Below, piece after piece: positions 11,383 through 26,170 of a stretch of DNA of 64,000 bases (position 1 is its first letter; the number at the start of each line of letters is the position of its first letter). The notes below the pieces were generated by a model. It did no database searches and was not told the origin of the DNA. It saw only the letters and a list, made by a program, of their open reading frames with translations. A program made the translations under genes and the position numbers. Origin of the DNA: Hypanus sabinus (Eukaryota). Location: contig NC_082731.1 in NCBI RefSeq assembly GCF_030144855.1, positions 24,304,001-24,368,000 of the forward strand. Direction: 5' to 3'.

Positions 11383-12199
11383 AAGTCATGCGTTACAGCT
11401 TTTTAAGAAGATCAGTATATTTATTTTCTTAAGAAGCTCATCAAATTTCACGTAGAATATTAAATGTCACTCGCAGGTATGATGACTTGTTTGCTTTGTG
11501 TTAACAGTATTTTAAAAAACTTAATAATTAAAAATCTGAAAATCACTATTTGCTAGAATATTAAAAATGTGTCTTAAATAATCTAATGCAAAATAGAAAA
11601 CATGTTGTGAGATAGAATTTACTGTTTCATTGTCTATTTGTAAATTAGATTACTTGAGGAAACGAGTTGTCCTTGAAACGTTCAGTGCGTGTGCTTAACC
11701 TTCCGTCCGTCTTGAGTAATGTTAAGCATTCAGAAGAGAGCATGTCCTGTTTGACGTGGCTTTTGTGATCTATGCCTTGTCACTGAAGTATCACCATTGG
11801 ACGATTTCCTATCCTCGATGCCGTGAATGATAAAGCACATGATGGAACTGGCGGTGTTGAAGTATTTGTGCAGCTTTCCCACAACCTGTGCAATGGCCTC
11901 TGGAGTGTGGACGCCCATGCATCCTGTCAGAATTCTCTCTACATTCCCCTGCTGAAATTGGAGAGTGTCTTTGGTACCACTTCAATTCCTCTGCAAAATT
12001 TTAATTACGTGTAGCCGCTGGCCGCGGCTTCCATGCGAATATCATGGTCTGTGGATAGATTTTTGGAGGTTTAGACACCCGGAGATTTGGCACTGCTCAC
12101 CATTTCAAAAGTGATCCGTTGAAGAGCACAGATGTATTACGCGTATTTCCTGTTTGAAGCACAGAAACAATTCATTGATGTTAATGATGCTGAATGCAA

Positions 12200-14560
12200 G
12201 GTTGTCGTTGCGACCCCACTCAAAAAGAAGTTGGGGATTCAACCCTAGTTGCAGTGGGATGGGATCCAAGTGACGGAACCATTAGTGGAGGTATTGTGGA
12301 AGCAGATGTTGGCAACATCACAGGAAATTTGGGAAGGGAGCGCTTGAAAATGAAACGATAGAATAGGGTTAAGATTGTTGTGCCTTTGTGAATAGAGTGA
12401 AGGAACTGCAAAAACAGACCCCCAGACTGACGTAAGGAGGATCCATACAAATTGCACCAAACAACATTTATTTTCTTTTTTCATAGAACGCAATGTCACA
12501 ATTGCCAAGTGGGATGTATGCAGCCAGATTGTGAAAATTAGTTTGGTGCTGGATTAGTGAAGGGGTATATTCGAAAATGCGTTGAAGATAAATTTTAACA
12601 ATCAGCTCGTAGTTTGGACAACAAGTGGATCAGTTACTTTCGGTTGGTTGTTATGCTGAGAGACAGATTTCTTGAGAGAGCGTAAGATTAAAAAAGTAAA
12701 TGCAAGAAAAAAAAAACCTTTGTTTGAAGGTTACATGTTTGTGAATTTTTTTTTTTAAAAAAAGAAAAAAACAAACAAACAAACAACAACAACAAAAGTA
12801 CGCAGCCAGAAAGGTATTAAGATTGTAAAGCTGGATTGCGATAGCCAGTGATGTTAATGAGGATACCAAAAAAGATTCTTCTGAATCATAACTTCGAACA
12901 GAGAGGCGAGAGTAGACATTGGGCAGCCGGAAAATGATCCTGCAGTGGTATTGAAGGGGAGAAAGAAATGGAGGACGAACTGAAGAAGTATTTTGCACCT
13001 GTCTTCACTGACAAATGGGACAGCAGTGTGGTGGAAGCTCTATGTGTCAGTAGGGTGCAGTCTTTGTAGTTATCATAGCTGGATTAAAACGTTCTTGGGA
13101 ATGTGAAAAGTCTCAAGGTGGATAGGACACATTGGGCAGATGGTATGCAATGCAGCTTACAGACAGAGGTGTCTGGAAAGATCCTGGATGCATTTGGAAT
13201 GATGTTTCCGACTAATAGATTGTGGTATGGCTCCAGAAGACAGAAACTAAGTAAATGCCACTCCAAGAAGGGAGAGAGTTGAAGTAATCAACGATGTTCT
13301 CTGTCCTCAGGGACTGGGAAGATACTGGATTCGATTACAAGGAATCAGGTCTCAGGATACTTGGAGACACTTTGTTTCTTTAAGGGAAATTCTTGCTGAA
13401 AATGTGTTGAAAATATTTGAAACAGTTACAATCAATACAGAAGAGTGAGAATCAGATGATATTGCGTTCTTGGATTTTCACAAGGTGATTGACAAGGTGC
13501 CCAACATGAGGCTGATAACCAAGCTACTAGTACGTAGCAGAAGAGGACGGAAAAAATGCATGTATAAAGTCGTGGCTGATTGGCAGGAGGGAAAAAGTAG
13601 GAATAAAGGCAAGTTTTCTGAATGGCTTTCGGCGACTTGTGCTGTCCACAAGATTCTGAGCTAGGACCGATTAATTTTATTTTATTTGTCAATGATTTGG
13701 ATGATACAGTTGATGTTTTTTCCCAATCTGTGCAAACGATATGAAGGTAACTAGAGCTGTAGGTACCCAAGAGGATTCAGACAGCCTAAAGAAGAACTTA
13801 GACAGATTCGTAGAAAAAGGGTAAGTAATCGGGAAGTGGATTGTCACACAATTAGTACAAGAAATGAAAGGTTCGATCATGTTCTAAGATGAGAGAAATT
13901 GAGGAAAATGCTGAGACACAAAGGACCTTGGGAGTCATTGTGCAGGATACCGGAAAGGTTAGTTTGCAGAGTGATCCTGTGGTTTGTCAGGCAAGGGCAA
14001 TGTTTGAGTTAATTTCAAGAAGACTAGAGTGTAAAAACAATGAAGCAATGTTGAACTTTGAAAGAATTGGGGTCGGTGATACCTAAATTATTGTGAGAAT
14101 TTGTCTTACAAAGGCTGTGCTGAAAGTGGAGGGGATTCAAAGGACGTCACCGAAAATAAATCCGGAAGTGAGTGACTTGTAAAGTGACGACCATCCTATA
14201 GCCGTAAGTCTGCATTTGCTAGAGTTCAGAAGATCGTGGTTTGAACTCATTTAGAACTATAATATTATAGAGTGTTTGTAAAGTGGAAGTGGCCTTTGTT
14301 GGGAAAGTCCGGAGGACATGATCTAAGTATAATCCTGTTAGAACAGAGGTTAAGATGAAATTTTTTAGCCAAAGTGTAGTGGATATATGGAAGTCATTGC
14401 CACTGGCAGCAGTAGAGGCCACGACATTCTGAATATTTAGGAGACAGCTTGAGACACTGTTGATTGGTCACGGCACGAAGGGATACAGGAAAATTCACGA
14501 GTTTGGAACTGATCAGAAAATTCCATCTAACATGATAATGTGGACGACAGAACAGACATG
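12200..14560 (+). mobile_element. Old, heavily decayed CR1 LINE
   Basis: Residual motifs include LKKYFAPVFT, DFHKVIDKVP and a CR1-type C-terminus/3' end at about 14300-14560. Confidence 0.7.
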
Positions 14561-14659
14561 ATAGCTCGTTTTAGCTTATATATTCTGTTCCTCTAGTTTT
14601 GCATTACTTCCGAACTGGTCATAGAAAACTCAGGGAAAAAAAATACATAGAAAGCAAAC

Positions 14660-17300
14660 AGTAAAATACAGGACCTTCAGACCCCAATGCTATGCCGAAA
14701 ATTTATTACTTTCGCAATTTTCCACAGTTACCCATAGCCCTATATTTCTATAAACTCATGTACCTCTCTGGGAGTCTCTTAACACACCATACTGCATCCA
14801 CCTACAACAACATCGCGGGCCGCTGCTATCACGCGCTCACAATTCCTCGAGTAAAAAACTTATAATTGATATATTCGATGCACTTACTTCCAAACACTTT
14901 AAAACTGTGCCCTTTCATTGTTACTCATTTGAGCCGTGGGAAAACAAAAATCTCTGACTATCCATACGATCAATGCCTCTCACTATTTTATACACGTCTA
15001 TCAGGTCACCTCTACTTCTCCATCGTTCACGGTGCAAAGGCCGAGTTCACGCAACCTACTCTCGCACGACATGCTCCCCAATCCAGGTAACATCCTTGTC
15101 AATCCCCTTTGAACATTTTCTATTGTGTCAACAACCTTTCTGCAATGAGACGACCGGAACTGAGCACGGTACTCCAAATTGGTTCTAACCGGGACATTAC
15201 CTGTCAGCTCTTGAACTCAGTCCCACGGTTTATGAAACCTACTTAAACAAAGGCAACCTACCTAACAGTTTGCATTATAGTTGACGTACCAAAACAAACC
15301 TTCTCATAAATATATAGTTTGAACCCTATCTGGCACTTCACAGTCCAGTTTTGCTTCCGATGAATGTCGCACTGTAACCTCTGACAGCCTGATGCAATAT
15401 CCACAACAGCCGCATCCTTGTTTCAACAGCAGGTTTATTACCCTTTCCTCCACTTCTTCATCCAGATCATTTATAAAAAAAATCACAAACAGAAGGGTTC
15501 CCAAAATAGATCACTGAGGCACACCACGTGTTACCGACCAGCATGCAATATATCACATCTCCAACTACACTTTGCCCTACATGGGCAAGCTATTTCCAGA
15601 TCCACCAAGTAATGTCCCCTTGGATGCCATGCCGCCTTACACTGTCAATACTTCTTGCACGATTTACCTTATTAAAAGCCTTGATTAAATACATATAAAC
15701 TACATGTGCCGCTCCATGCTTAATCACAACCTCAAAAAAGTTCTATCAGGCTCGTAAACCCCGACCTGCCTTTGACAAATCCATGCCGAAGATTCCAAAT
15801 CTTATTATAGCTCCCCAAATGTTCATAACTCCTGCCTCTCAAGATCTTTTCCATCAATTTACCTGCCACTGAGGTAAGTCTCACTGGTTCATACTTTCCG
15901 TGCCTATCTCTGCTCCCTTCCTCGAAAAGGAGCCTAACTTCTGCGACCATGTAATCCTCTGAAACCTCACTTATCCACTGTGATGATGCAAAGATCATTG
16001 CCGGAGGCTCAGTAATCTCCACCCTTGCATCGCACAGTTGTACTGGGGACATTTCTTCCGCTCCAGGTGACCTATCCAACGAGATGGTACCCGAAAGATC
16101 AGTACATCTATATCTTCAAATCTGCATGCTCAAACTTTTCAGTCCGATGTCATTCACCCCTGAAATCGCCAAGATTTTATTCGGAAGTGCATACTGAAGC
16201 AAAGTTTCCAATAAGTACCTCTACAATCTCCTCCAATTCCATAGACACTTTTCTACATTTGCCCTCGATTGGCCATGTTATCTCAGATCTATTCATCCTA
16301 CTCATCACAAACTTGTAGAATACCTTGGGATTCTTTCCAGGAATCCCTTGGGATGCCTTCTTCTTGATTAAATTTTCGACAGCCTTTCTACTTGACAGTT
16401 CCTTTTCCCGACCGTCCTTTCCCCATCTCATTGGAACGTAACGATGCAGAACTCCACGTAAATATCCCTTGAGCATTTGGCACATTTCAGGCGTATATTT
16501 CCCTGCGAACATCAGTTCCAAGTTTATATTTCCACGTTCCTGCCGGTAACCTTATATTACTTCTTAATCCAATTAGACGCTTTCCTAACTGGTCTTTCAC
16601 TATTCCTCTACAATGCAGTGGTAAAGCCGATGGAACTTTGATTACTATCCGAAAAACTATCTCCTCGTCAGAGATTGGACAACTGACCATGTTCATTTCT
16701 CAACAGAATGTAATGAGCATCCTCTCTTCTTGTCGACTTATCTAAACATAGTGTCAATAAACATTCCTCATCGCAGTTAATACATTCCACAGCATTTGAG
16801 CCCTTGCTCTATGGAGATTACAATCAATATTTGGGAAATTTAATTCTCCGAACACGCAGCTCTGTTAGATTTACACCTTTCCAAAATCTGTCTCCCTATC
16901 TGCTCCTCGATGTTCCTATTACTATTGGATTGTCTGTATAAAAAAAGCAAAACACAAAACAAAAAATAAACAACAAGTCACCCAGTAGAGTTAATGCCCC
17001 TTTAAGTTCCTGACTTCCAGCCACAGACAATGAGTCGACAATCCGTCGACGACTTCCTCCATATTTCTGCAGCCGTGACGATGTCCCTGATTAGAACTGC
17101 TAGGCCCCTAACTCCTTTACCTCCTACCCAGTTCTTTCTGAAACTTCTAAACCTGAAACTCTAGTTAATCATTCCTACCGCTGAGGTATCCGAGAATGCC
17201 GATAACTCTAATCCTGATCTGATCTAATAATAGCTTTAATCCTGATCCACGATCTAAACTCATCCACTTTGTTCTTTATACATACTTCATTAAAATAGAC
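14660..17300 (-). mobile_element. Decayed CR1 LINE(s)
   Basis: Minus ORFs 15304-15504 (LLFVIFFINDLDEEVE), 15732-16079 (YEPVRLTSVAGKLMEKIL...RHGFVKGRSG..LIELF) and 16177-16521 (NPKVFYKFV). Confidence 0.82.
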
Positions 17301-18959
17301 TAATCTCAAACCATCAATCCGAGCACAACCTTTTTCAATCACCTGCCTATCCTCCCTCTCGCACTGACTCCATCTTTATTTATTTATAAGCCAATTGCCC
17401 CCTCCACGGTCTCTTGAGATCGTTTCCCAGACCGAGAATTTCTATTTTATTTGACCTCAGTAGCCTTAGCAAACCTAATTGCCAGGATATTTGTCTCGGA
17501 GTAAAGGAATCTGCGGGACTTCCCACGTCAGACAGCCGGTTCCAAACAGAGGACTCACATACATAATTCCTGTTTCTCTACTGCAGAAGAAACTGATCTC
17601 GCCTCGAACCTCTATCGTCTAATACCCCTCTGTCTAAATCTACTCTGTCGCAACTCCTCAGCAGCCCGCTCCGTAAAGCTATATTTTTTCAAAGTCTTAT
17701 CGCTGTTTTAACTCGCTGACGTCCACGGCGTTGCCCAGTTTTACCTCGTTCTACATCACCATGAGAGCATCATGGAAATATAGGTCTGAAATTGCAAACA
17801 TATAAATATCTTTGAACTGTTCCTGGCCGTAGATTCTTCCTTGTTATGAGAGCAGAGCAGTGGGTTAAACGCACCGATTAGCTCTGCCAAATTTGCTTAA
17901 TACCGAGATGGAAATATTGTTTCCAAACAGCACATGGTGTAATCACAACTTAAGAGTTCAATGGCCTATTTTACAGAGGGAGGTACAGAGACCCAGGTAG
18001 TTACGGTTGTTTATTGGGTCTGAGTGAATAATTGTGTTGCTCGTGCAGCTGCAATCGATAAACAGTAACTTATATTATTGTCCACACGACCTAAGCTTAA
18101 ATGGAGAACCGGTGTTATAACATGGGCTGTGAACGTATCGTGTCGAAAGGGAACGGGCAACTGCTCTACGTCTACCCTTAGGTATGAGATTATCTAGTCA
18201 TGAACAACGTCTCAAAATACTTCTCACGGTAGCTGTTAAAGCAGCTGGGCAATAGGAGTTGAGGTACAGTAATGTACTAAAGTTTTGGACATCCATATAC
18301 ACCGGGCTATAAAGTCAATCGGTATTAAAACACTTTCCTCGGTTGATTCTGGACTTCTATATTTCTGGAAAAGCGGTTTTGGATCCAATAGATCTGACCT
18401 TCAACTGTCTTCTAATCGTCTGCTGCTGAAACCAAAACGTGGCATTACGTCTATAAAGCTGTAACATATCACTTTTGAAATAGCTAGATTTCTAATAAAT
18501 CGTTTAATATAACCGCTGGACCATTGTGTTCCATCATTTAATACGAGCTAACTATCGGACTGGTATATAAACCCCTGTGTGGTGCGCTGATCGAAAGGAA
18601 TACAGGCACAGGGAAACCCCGGGAATGAAAAGAAAAAAAAAAAAAAACAACATTCAACGTAGTCCAGTAACACCACTGACTGCGACAGCTGTAGATGCTA
18701 CTCAGGTGAGCAGGCCACTTACCGCAGGGATCACATAAACAGTTAGCAAATTAACATTTAAACAGAAAGTCACACAACAAATGTGTTCAGCAGAATACGC
18801 AAAAATCATGCAAGTTAATACGTAACACGTTGTGACAAGGATGATGATGCTAACAATAATAATAATGATGATAATAGTAACAATAATGCATTTAATAATC
18901 TTAAACCAAGTGAAACACGAAGTCGCACAAGTGGTAAGAAGAGAGACATCTGAAGAACA

Positions 18960-19550
18960 CAAAAACATCCACGACATGTACCGGGCAGAGCCTCTGCCCC
19001 GCCTCGGTTACTCAGACCCCATCGCTTTTATGCTAGTCCCAGCACACAGACCGCTCTTCTGGCTCTCCAGAGCTGTTCAAAAGCCGGAGGAAAGTTGGCC
19101 AGCAGGATCCATCTCTGTTCTTCAAGACTGCTATGAGAACATGACGGAGACATGTTAAGGGAGACTGCAACCGATGGCGACTCTACCAATTTAGAGGAGT
19201 ACATGGCACCAGCGACTAGTTACATCAGCAAGTGTATCGATGACGCTACTGCGTCGAAGACCATCACTACACGCGCTAAACAGAAGCCATGGATGACCGC
19301 GGAGGTGCACACGATGCTGACTAACCGTGAGTCCGACTTCTGAGCAGGCGACAAGGCAGCGAGTGCGAAATATCCACAGGTTATTAGAGAGGCAAAGCGC
19401 GCACACGCCCAGCGAATCAGCAGCCACTTCCAGAACAGCGGTGTTACGCAGCGGATGTAGAAGTGAACTCAGGACATAACTAACTGCAAGAATATCACCT
19501 GACTGCTCGGGTGATCCCTTCCTCCCAGATGCGCTGAACAACTTCTACGT
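18960..19550 (+). mobile_element. Rex1/Babar-type LINE fragment
   Basis: [51 protein letters not shown] and PDALNNFY are Rex1-like ORF motifs. Confidence 0.75.
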
Positions 19551-20029
19551 TTTTTTTTTAAATGCGTAATTTTACATAACCATTACATTGCATTAGGTAT
19601 TATAAAAAAAAATCTAGTGATAATTTACACTATAGGACATCCGGTATTACTTATCGTCATTTAGTCATGCATTTGTCTTAGTAAATAGTATATATTTTAC
19701 TTTTCTATGCATAAAAAAACACTTAGGAACGTATGTTTTCGCACGGGCTCGGGACGGATCTTTACAGAGTGCGCTCTCCACCGTACACGGTTGACGTTGA
19801 GTTTCAGAAACACACCCCGCCCAAAATCAATAATTAAACCATTGCGTTGCTTAGTAATAATTGTAGCTTCCATCGGGGCAGGGCACTAATCGCTTTATCC
19901 TTTAAAATTGTTCGAATCCTTGATCGACGTATTCTAAAGCTTTTCCAATGACTGATGATGTTTCACCTCTTTCTGATCCCGTTATTATTTCCACTTTATT
20001 TGCAATCGTGTTCGTGATCATTTCGCGAA

Positions 20030-20900
20030 CAGATTCACTGATTCAGATCTCTACCGTCAGGTTCTAATGTCCAGCAGACTGAAAGTGGTTAAATAAGTTC
20101 TGTGGTTCGGCTGGGTCATTAGATGCACTATATGGAGAGGCTGAATAAGGGACGTGAGCATGCCTCGAAGTATATTCAACCATGACGTGACTGGAAAAGA
20201 GATATCGCTTCGACGAAAATTTTGTAAAGCAGAGTAGTACAAACTGCCTTTGAAAAGTGCCACATTTGCGGCTGCTTACGACGTTGAGACGTTGAGTATT
20301 ACAGGAAATTTACTAACATAGTTAGAACATTGACTAACTTGTAGGAGGCGGTGAGGCGAGCAAAAGTGTATTTTCCTGTTCCACTGCCATCGAATAGTGC
20401 TGTTTTGCAGAGGTCGGTGGTCGGACCAGTTCCTTTTACGATGTCTACAAATGATTTAAATGATGGAATACATGGATTTGTTGCCAAAGCTTGCAAATCA
20501 TACGAAGATTGTTGGAGTCGCACGTAGTGTTGAGGGAACGGATAGATTCAGATGGACTTGCACAGTTTTGGAGAATGGCAAGAAATTGGCAAATGAAATA
20601 CAAGGTTGCAAAATGCTTGTTAATGCACTATGCACTATGGTTTTAGAAATACAGTTGTTGACTATTTTCTAAACTGGGGTATAATTCATCAATATGAGAT
20701 GCAGAGGAAATTAGGAGTCATTGTGTTGAAAAACCTGAAGGCAAATTTGCTGGATGAAACGGTTGTGAGTGAGGCAATTGCCATGACAGCAATCACTACA
20801 AGATGACCAGAACATAAGGAGAAGGATGTAATGCTGAGGCTTTATCAGCCATTGATGATGCCTCGCCATTCTTATTGTGAACAGTATTTGGTTCCACAAC
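20030..20900. mobile_element. Two abutting CR1 fragments in opposite orientation
   Basis: A minus-strand 3' end at about 20030-20270 and a plus-strand RT fragment (SFYDVYK..KLANHTKIVG) at about 20280-20900. Confidence 0.6.
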
Positions 20901-20913
20901 TTAAAAAAATATA

Positions 20914-20917
<4 letters not shown>

Positions 20918-20945
<28 letters not shown>

Positions 20946-21216
20946 AGCAAGGAAAAACATAACTAAATAAACTGATATATATGTGTGGGGGTGTGTGTAT
21001 ATATGTATGTATGTGTATATATATCTAACTATTTAAGGACAGTTACGGAGAATAGGGTAAAGCCTCAACATATTATGTGCGCCATATCTAAACAAAGATG
21101 CGCGGAAAGTTCTTTACACAAAATGAGGTGAATTACTTATTTTATTATTTCTAATAGTTAAATAAAAAAGTACACTCACACAGAAACACACACACACACA
21201 CACGCACACACACACA
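20918..21216. repeat. (TA)n, (TG/TA)n and (CA)n microsatellite cluster
   Basis: Visible runs at about 20918-20945, 20975-21025 and 21186-21216. Confidence 0.9.
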
Positions 21217-21399
21217 TATAAACAAAAGGAGAATTATCGCACATATCACCGATAACAGTAACAGTTCGACTAAAAGGAAATAAAATATTAATAAGACAAA
21301 GTATTATTCTAGTAGTATTAAATAAAGTGTTTGGTAATTGCTTCTCCCCTTATCCATAAAAAGAAAAAAAAATAAAGAAATGTTTATAATTGACATAAA

Positions 21400-21830
21400 C
21401 ATGAAGAAAAACAAAATACAAAACAACAAAATATAAATAGTATAAAAGATCTATGCAGCTGAAAACGAGAGTTAAAATCAAATCCAGCATTTGCAAAAGT
21501 TGTAACCTGAAAGGCCATAAGTTAGAACATATGGAAATATTGAATCAATTGTTCCCATGTCAAGTTTAGAGGATGTATCAAATGCACGACTTCTTATTTT
21601 CTCCGACCTTAAACAGTACATTGTGGATGTCGGTTGATTAAAATCCTTCCATTTAAGCAAAATGTCTCTCTTAGCGAATACCGTTGTAAAAGTTGTCCTC
21701 CGTCGCGCGGAAGCAAGAATGTCTCCGGCTTCCGAAGAAATGATCCCAAAAATTGTTGTAAGTAAATTCGGTTCCAGATCCAAATTCAGAAACTTTCACA
21801 GAGTTTTGAAGATTTCTTTCGAGAAATTAT
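21400..21830 (-). mobile_element. L1-clade 3' fragment, distinct from the adjacent long copy
   Basis: ORF 21478-21783 (LTTIFG...AKRDILLKWK..PT....LRSEKI) is an L1 ORF2 C-terminus. Confidence 0.7.
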
Positions 21831-22403
21831 TAAATTGATGCAAGACCAGAACCTATATGTTACAGTAGCCACATCAGCATTATCTTTCTCACAAATAAGA
21901 TTAATATCAGAAAAAAACGGGCTAATATGTCCTTTGCCATTTGCGCTGATGCACTACCTTGAACTGTATCGAGGAGTGACGACCACAAATAGAAGAGCTA
22001 TTTATCTAATGAGAAATAATTATCCCATTGATTATCACAAAGTGATATTCGAAATTCCAATTCATTTTCTTTCTTTTTTTAAATCTTTTTATTAGTTTTA
22101 AACAAACATAAATGAAACATGAATACAAAATTTTTGAGAGTACATAAATAATAGTTTAAATAGTCATTCAGATATATAATAATAAAAATATATAACCTCT
22201 CAGACTCAGAACATTAATGAACAAAGAAGTAAAAAGAGAAAAAAAAAGAAAACCCCCAAAAAAAGAGAAAAAAAAGACAAAAAAAATCACTAACCAACAT
22301 GGGCCATTGAATAATATTAGGTACATATACAGAAGTTCCAATAAATCCGAACCTCCATCCAATTAATTAAGGATAATATAACTAAGGTTTAGGAAAAGAC
22401 AAT

Positions 22404-25400
22404 TCAACTCATGTCAAAATGTTGAATAAAAGGTCTCCAAGTTTCTTCAAATTTAACTGAAGGATCAAAAACCACACTTCTATTTTTTTCTAAACTCAAA
22501 CAAGAAATAGTTTGAGAAAACCACTGAAATACGGTTGGAGGATAAATTTATTTCTAACTCAATAAAATAGATCTTCTAGCGATTAATGTAACAAATGCAA
22601 TCATTCGTTGAGATGAAGCGGATAAACGATTATTATCCATCATTGGTAAACCGAAAATTGCTGTAAGAGGATGCGGTTGAAAATCAATATTTAAAACTCT
22701 TGAAATAATACTGAAAATATCTTTCCAATAATTTTGTAAACACGGACAAGACCAGAACTTATGAGTCAATGAAGCAACATCAGAATGACATCTATCGCAG
22801 GTTGAGTTAAGATGAGAATAAAATCGAGCCAGTTCATCCTTAGACATATGAGCTCTATGTACAACGTTAAATTGTTTTAGGGCTTGTTTAGCACAAATAG
22901 AGGACGAATTTACCAATTATATTTTTTCCCATTGCTCTGTAGATATAGGACAATGCATCTCTTCTTGCCATTCCTTCTTAATTTTTACTGATACATCTAA
23001 CTGTAAATTCATGATCATCTTATAAATGATGGCTACTAAACCCTTTTGATAAGCATTAAGGGCTAAAATTCTATCTGTAATGTCCAATGGACATTTTTTC
23101 GAAAAGTAACTCATTACACAAAAAAATTCTAACTTGCAAATATCTAAAAAAAATGAGTTTTAGGTAAATTATAATTATTAGAGAGCTGTTCAAAGTACAT
23201 AATGTTATCATACAGAAACAGATCACGAAAACATGTTATACCTTTTGTTTTCCATAAAAGAAGAGCTTGATCCATAGATGAAGGCCGAAGAAAATAATTA
23301 GATAATATAGGACATGATAAAATAAATTTATTCAAACCAAAAAAATTTACGAAATTGAAACCAAATTCGTAATATATATCTGACTATAGGGTTAGTTATC
23401 TGTTTATTCAATGTGAATAAAGAAAAAGGAAGTGAAGATCCTAAGATTGAAATCAGTGAAAAATCTTGCACAGATTTACATTCCAAATTTACCCATTGTG
23501 GGCAAGTAGCTATAGTCCATTCTTCTGTTCAGAATTTTAAATACCGTATATTGACTGCCCAATAGTAAAATCCTAAGTTTGGTAAAGCCAAGCCGCCCTC
23601 CTTCTTAGGCTTCTGTAAATATTTTTTACCCAATCTAGGATTTTTTTTTCTGCCACAAGTAAGAAGATATTTTAGAGTCAATAGTATCAAAAAAAGCTTT
23701 AGGAATAAACTTTGGCAATGCTTGAAATAAATATAAGAATTTCGGTAGTATCATCATCTTAATAGCATTAACTCTACCAACCAATGACAAAGATAGTTGA
23801 GAACACCTAATAGCAAGTTGGTTAATTTGATCAATTAAAGGTAAAATGTTAATCTTAAATAAATATTTATGTTTTTTAGTAATTTTAATACCTAGGTAAG
23901 TAAAATAATCTGTAACAATTTTATATGTTAAATGTTTATAAATTGGAACTTGCATATTTAATGGAAATAGTTCAGTCTTGTTAAAATTCAATTTATAACC
24001 AGAAACATTACTAAATTGAGCAAGCAAAGACGAAATAGCAGGGATAGATCTTTCAGGGTCAGATATATATAATAACAAATCATCAGCATATAATGATACT
24101 TTATACGTCCTCTCCCCACGGGTAATACACAGCATATTAGGTGATTCACGAATAGCTATAGCCAACGGTTCAAAAGCAATGCCAAATAGTAAAGGATCTA
24201 AAGGGCAACCTTGCCTTTTAGCACGAAATAACTGAAAAAAGGGGATTTTTGATTATTGGTGAAAACCGAAGCCATAGGTTTATGGTATTTCAATTTAATC
24301 CATGATATAAATTTTGAACTAAAATTAAATTGTTGCATTGTAGTAAATAAGTATGGCCATTCAACTCTATCAAATGCTTTTTCAGCATCTAAAGAAATAA
24401 CACATTCTGGTATTTTAGATGAAGAAGTATAAATAATATTAATAAATTTTCAAATGTTAAAAGATGAATAGCGATTTTTAATAAATCCAGTCTGATCTTC
24501 AGAAATAATTCGAGGAAACATATGTTCTAATGTAATAGCCAACATTTTACAGAAAATCTTAAAATCCGTATTTAACAAGGATATAGGCCGAAAGGATGCA
24601 CATTCAGTAGGGTCTTTATCTTTTTTTAAGAATTAAAGAAAGAGAAGCTTCATAAAAAAATTGTGGTAACTTACCAACACATAATCTTTAAAAATTTGAC
24701 AAAGCCAAGGAGAAAGTATAGAAGAAAAAGATTTAAAAATTTCTACGGGAAAACCATCTGGACCAGAAGCTTTACCAGAATTCATTGAAAAAATAGCCTT
24801 TTCTATTTCAGACTCCGTAATAGGTGTATCTAAAATTACGTTATCCTCAACAGTTACTTTTGAAATATTCAATTTCCTTAAAAATTAATTTATAATAGAA
24901 GAGTCCTTAGTGAATTCTGATTGACATAAGGAGTTATAAAAGGCTTTATTTATCTCTTTGTGGTCGATCGTCAGAGTAGCATCTTGTTTACGAATCCTAG
25001 TAATCTGTAGTTTATCCGAAACAATTTTCAATTGATTAGCCACTAATTTACCAGACTTATCTCCATGCATATAGAATTGAATTTTTGATTTAAATAACTG
25101 ACTTTCAATCGAAGAAGATAATAATAAACTATGTTCCATTTGAATTTCCACTCTTTCTTTATAAAGTTTTTTACTAGGGTTCATTGAATAAATCTTATCA
25201 ATTGCTTAGTTTTTATCAACAAATGTTAATATTTTAGAATTAGTTCGTTTCCTAACTCCAGCAGAGTATGAAATAATCTGTCCACGAATATATGCTTTAA
25301 AAGTACCCCACAAAATTCCACTAGAGATCTCTGCTGTAGAATTTGTTGAGAAAAACTAAACAATTTGTTGTTTAATAAAGTGAACAAAGTCTAAATCCTG

Positions 25401-26170
25401 CAATAACATAGGATTAAACCTCCAAAATTTAGCATTGATATATGAATCCGCTATTTTAATAGATAACTTCAGAGGTGCATGATCAGATATGGTAATACAG
25501 TCATATTTACAATCAGTAACATTAGTGAGTAAATGGTGATCAATGAAAAAGTAATGAATTCATGAGTAACTATGATAAACATGGGAAAAGTATGAAAACT
25601 CTTTTCATTAGGGTGTAGAAAACGCCAAATTTCACAATTAGCTGAAGCAATCATAAAGGAGTTAATAAGAGAAGCAGATTTATTCGGAAGAGTTTGGGTG
25701 GGCTTGGATCTATCAATCACAGGGTTTAAACAACAGTTAAAATCCCCACCCATTATCAGTCTAAATTGATTCAGATTAGGAAAGAATGCAAATAAGCATT
25801 TAAAAAATTCAGGGCAACCAGTATTTGGAGCATAAACATTAACTGAAACAACTTTTTGATTAAAAAGTAGACCAGTAATAAGCACACATCTACCTTGTGA
25901 ATCTGAAATTGTTTCATGATGTTTAACAGAAGTTGATGAGTCTACAAAAAAACGAAACACCTCTTATTTTGGCTTGCGAACTTGAGTGATACTGTAGGCA
26001 CTTCCAAAACCTAAAAAAAAATGCTGGCTATCCACCTTCCTTACATGATTCTCCTGCACAAAAATAACATTGGCTTTCATTCTATGGAATACTTTGAATA
26101 TTCGTTTCCGTTTGATCGGATGATTTAAACCATTAGTATTCCAAGAAACAAAATTAATAATCCTATCCAT
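22404..26170 (-). pseudogene. L1 ORF2 (APE endonuclease + reverse transcriptase), frameshifted
   Basis: MDRIINFVSWNTNGLNHPIKRK, VNVYAPN, MGGDFN, SDHAP, GKASGPDGFP, SLYADDLL, YLGIKI and CDRC..H.FWSC are spread over several broken ORFs. Confidence 0.92.

Noticed and set aside
17980-18100. RYRDPG ... LQSINSNLYYCP, V-like fragments
   Set aside because: The spacing is only about 30 codons and there is no RSS, so chance cannot be excluded.
18702-18977. Hydrophobic ORFs rich in Ile/Met/Thr
   Set aside because: They are translations of an ATA/ATG low-complexity repeat.
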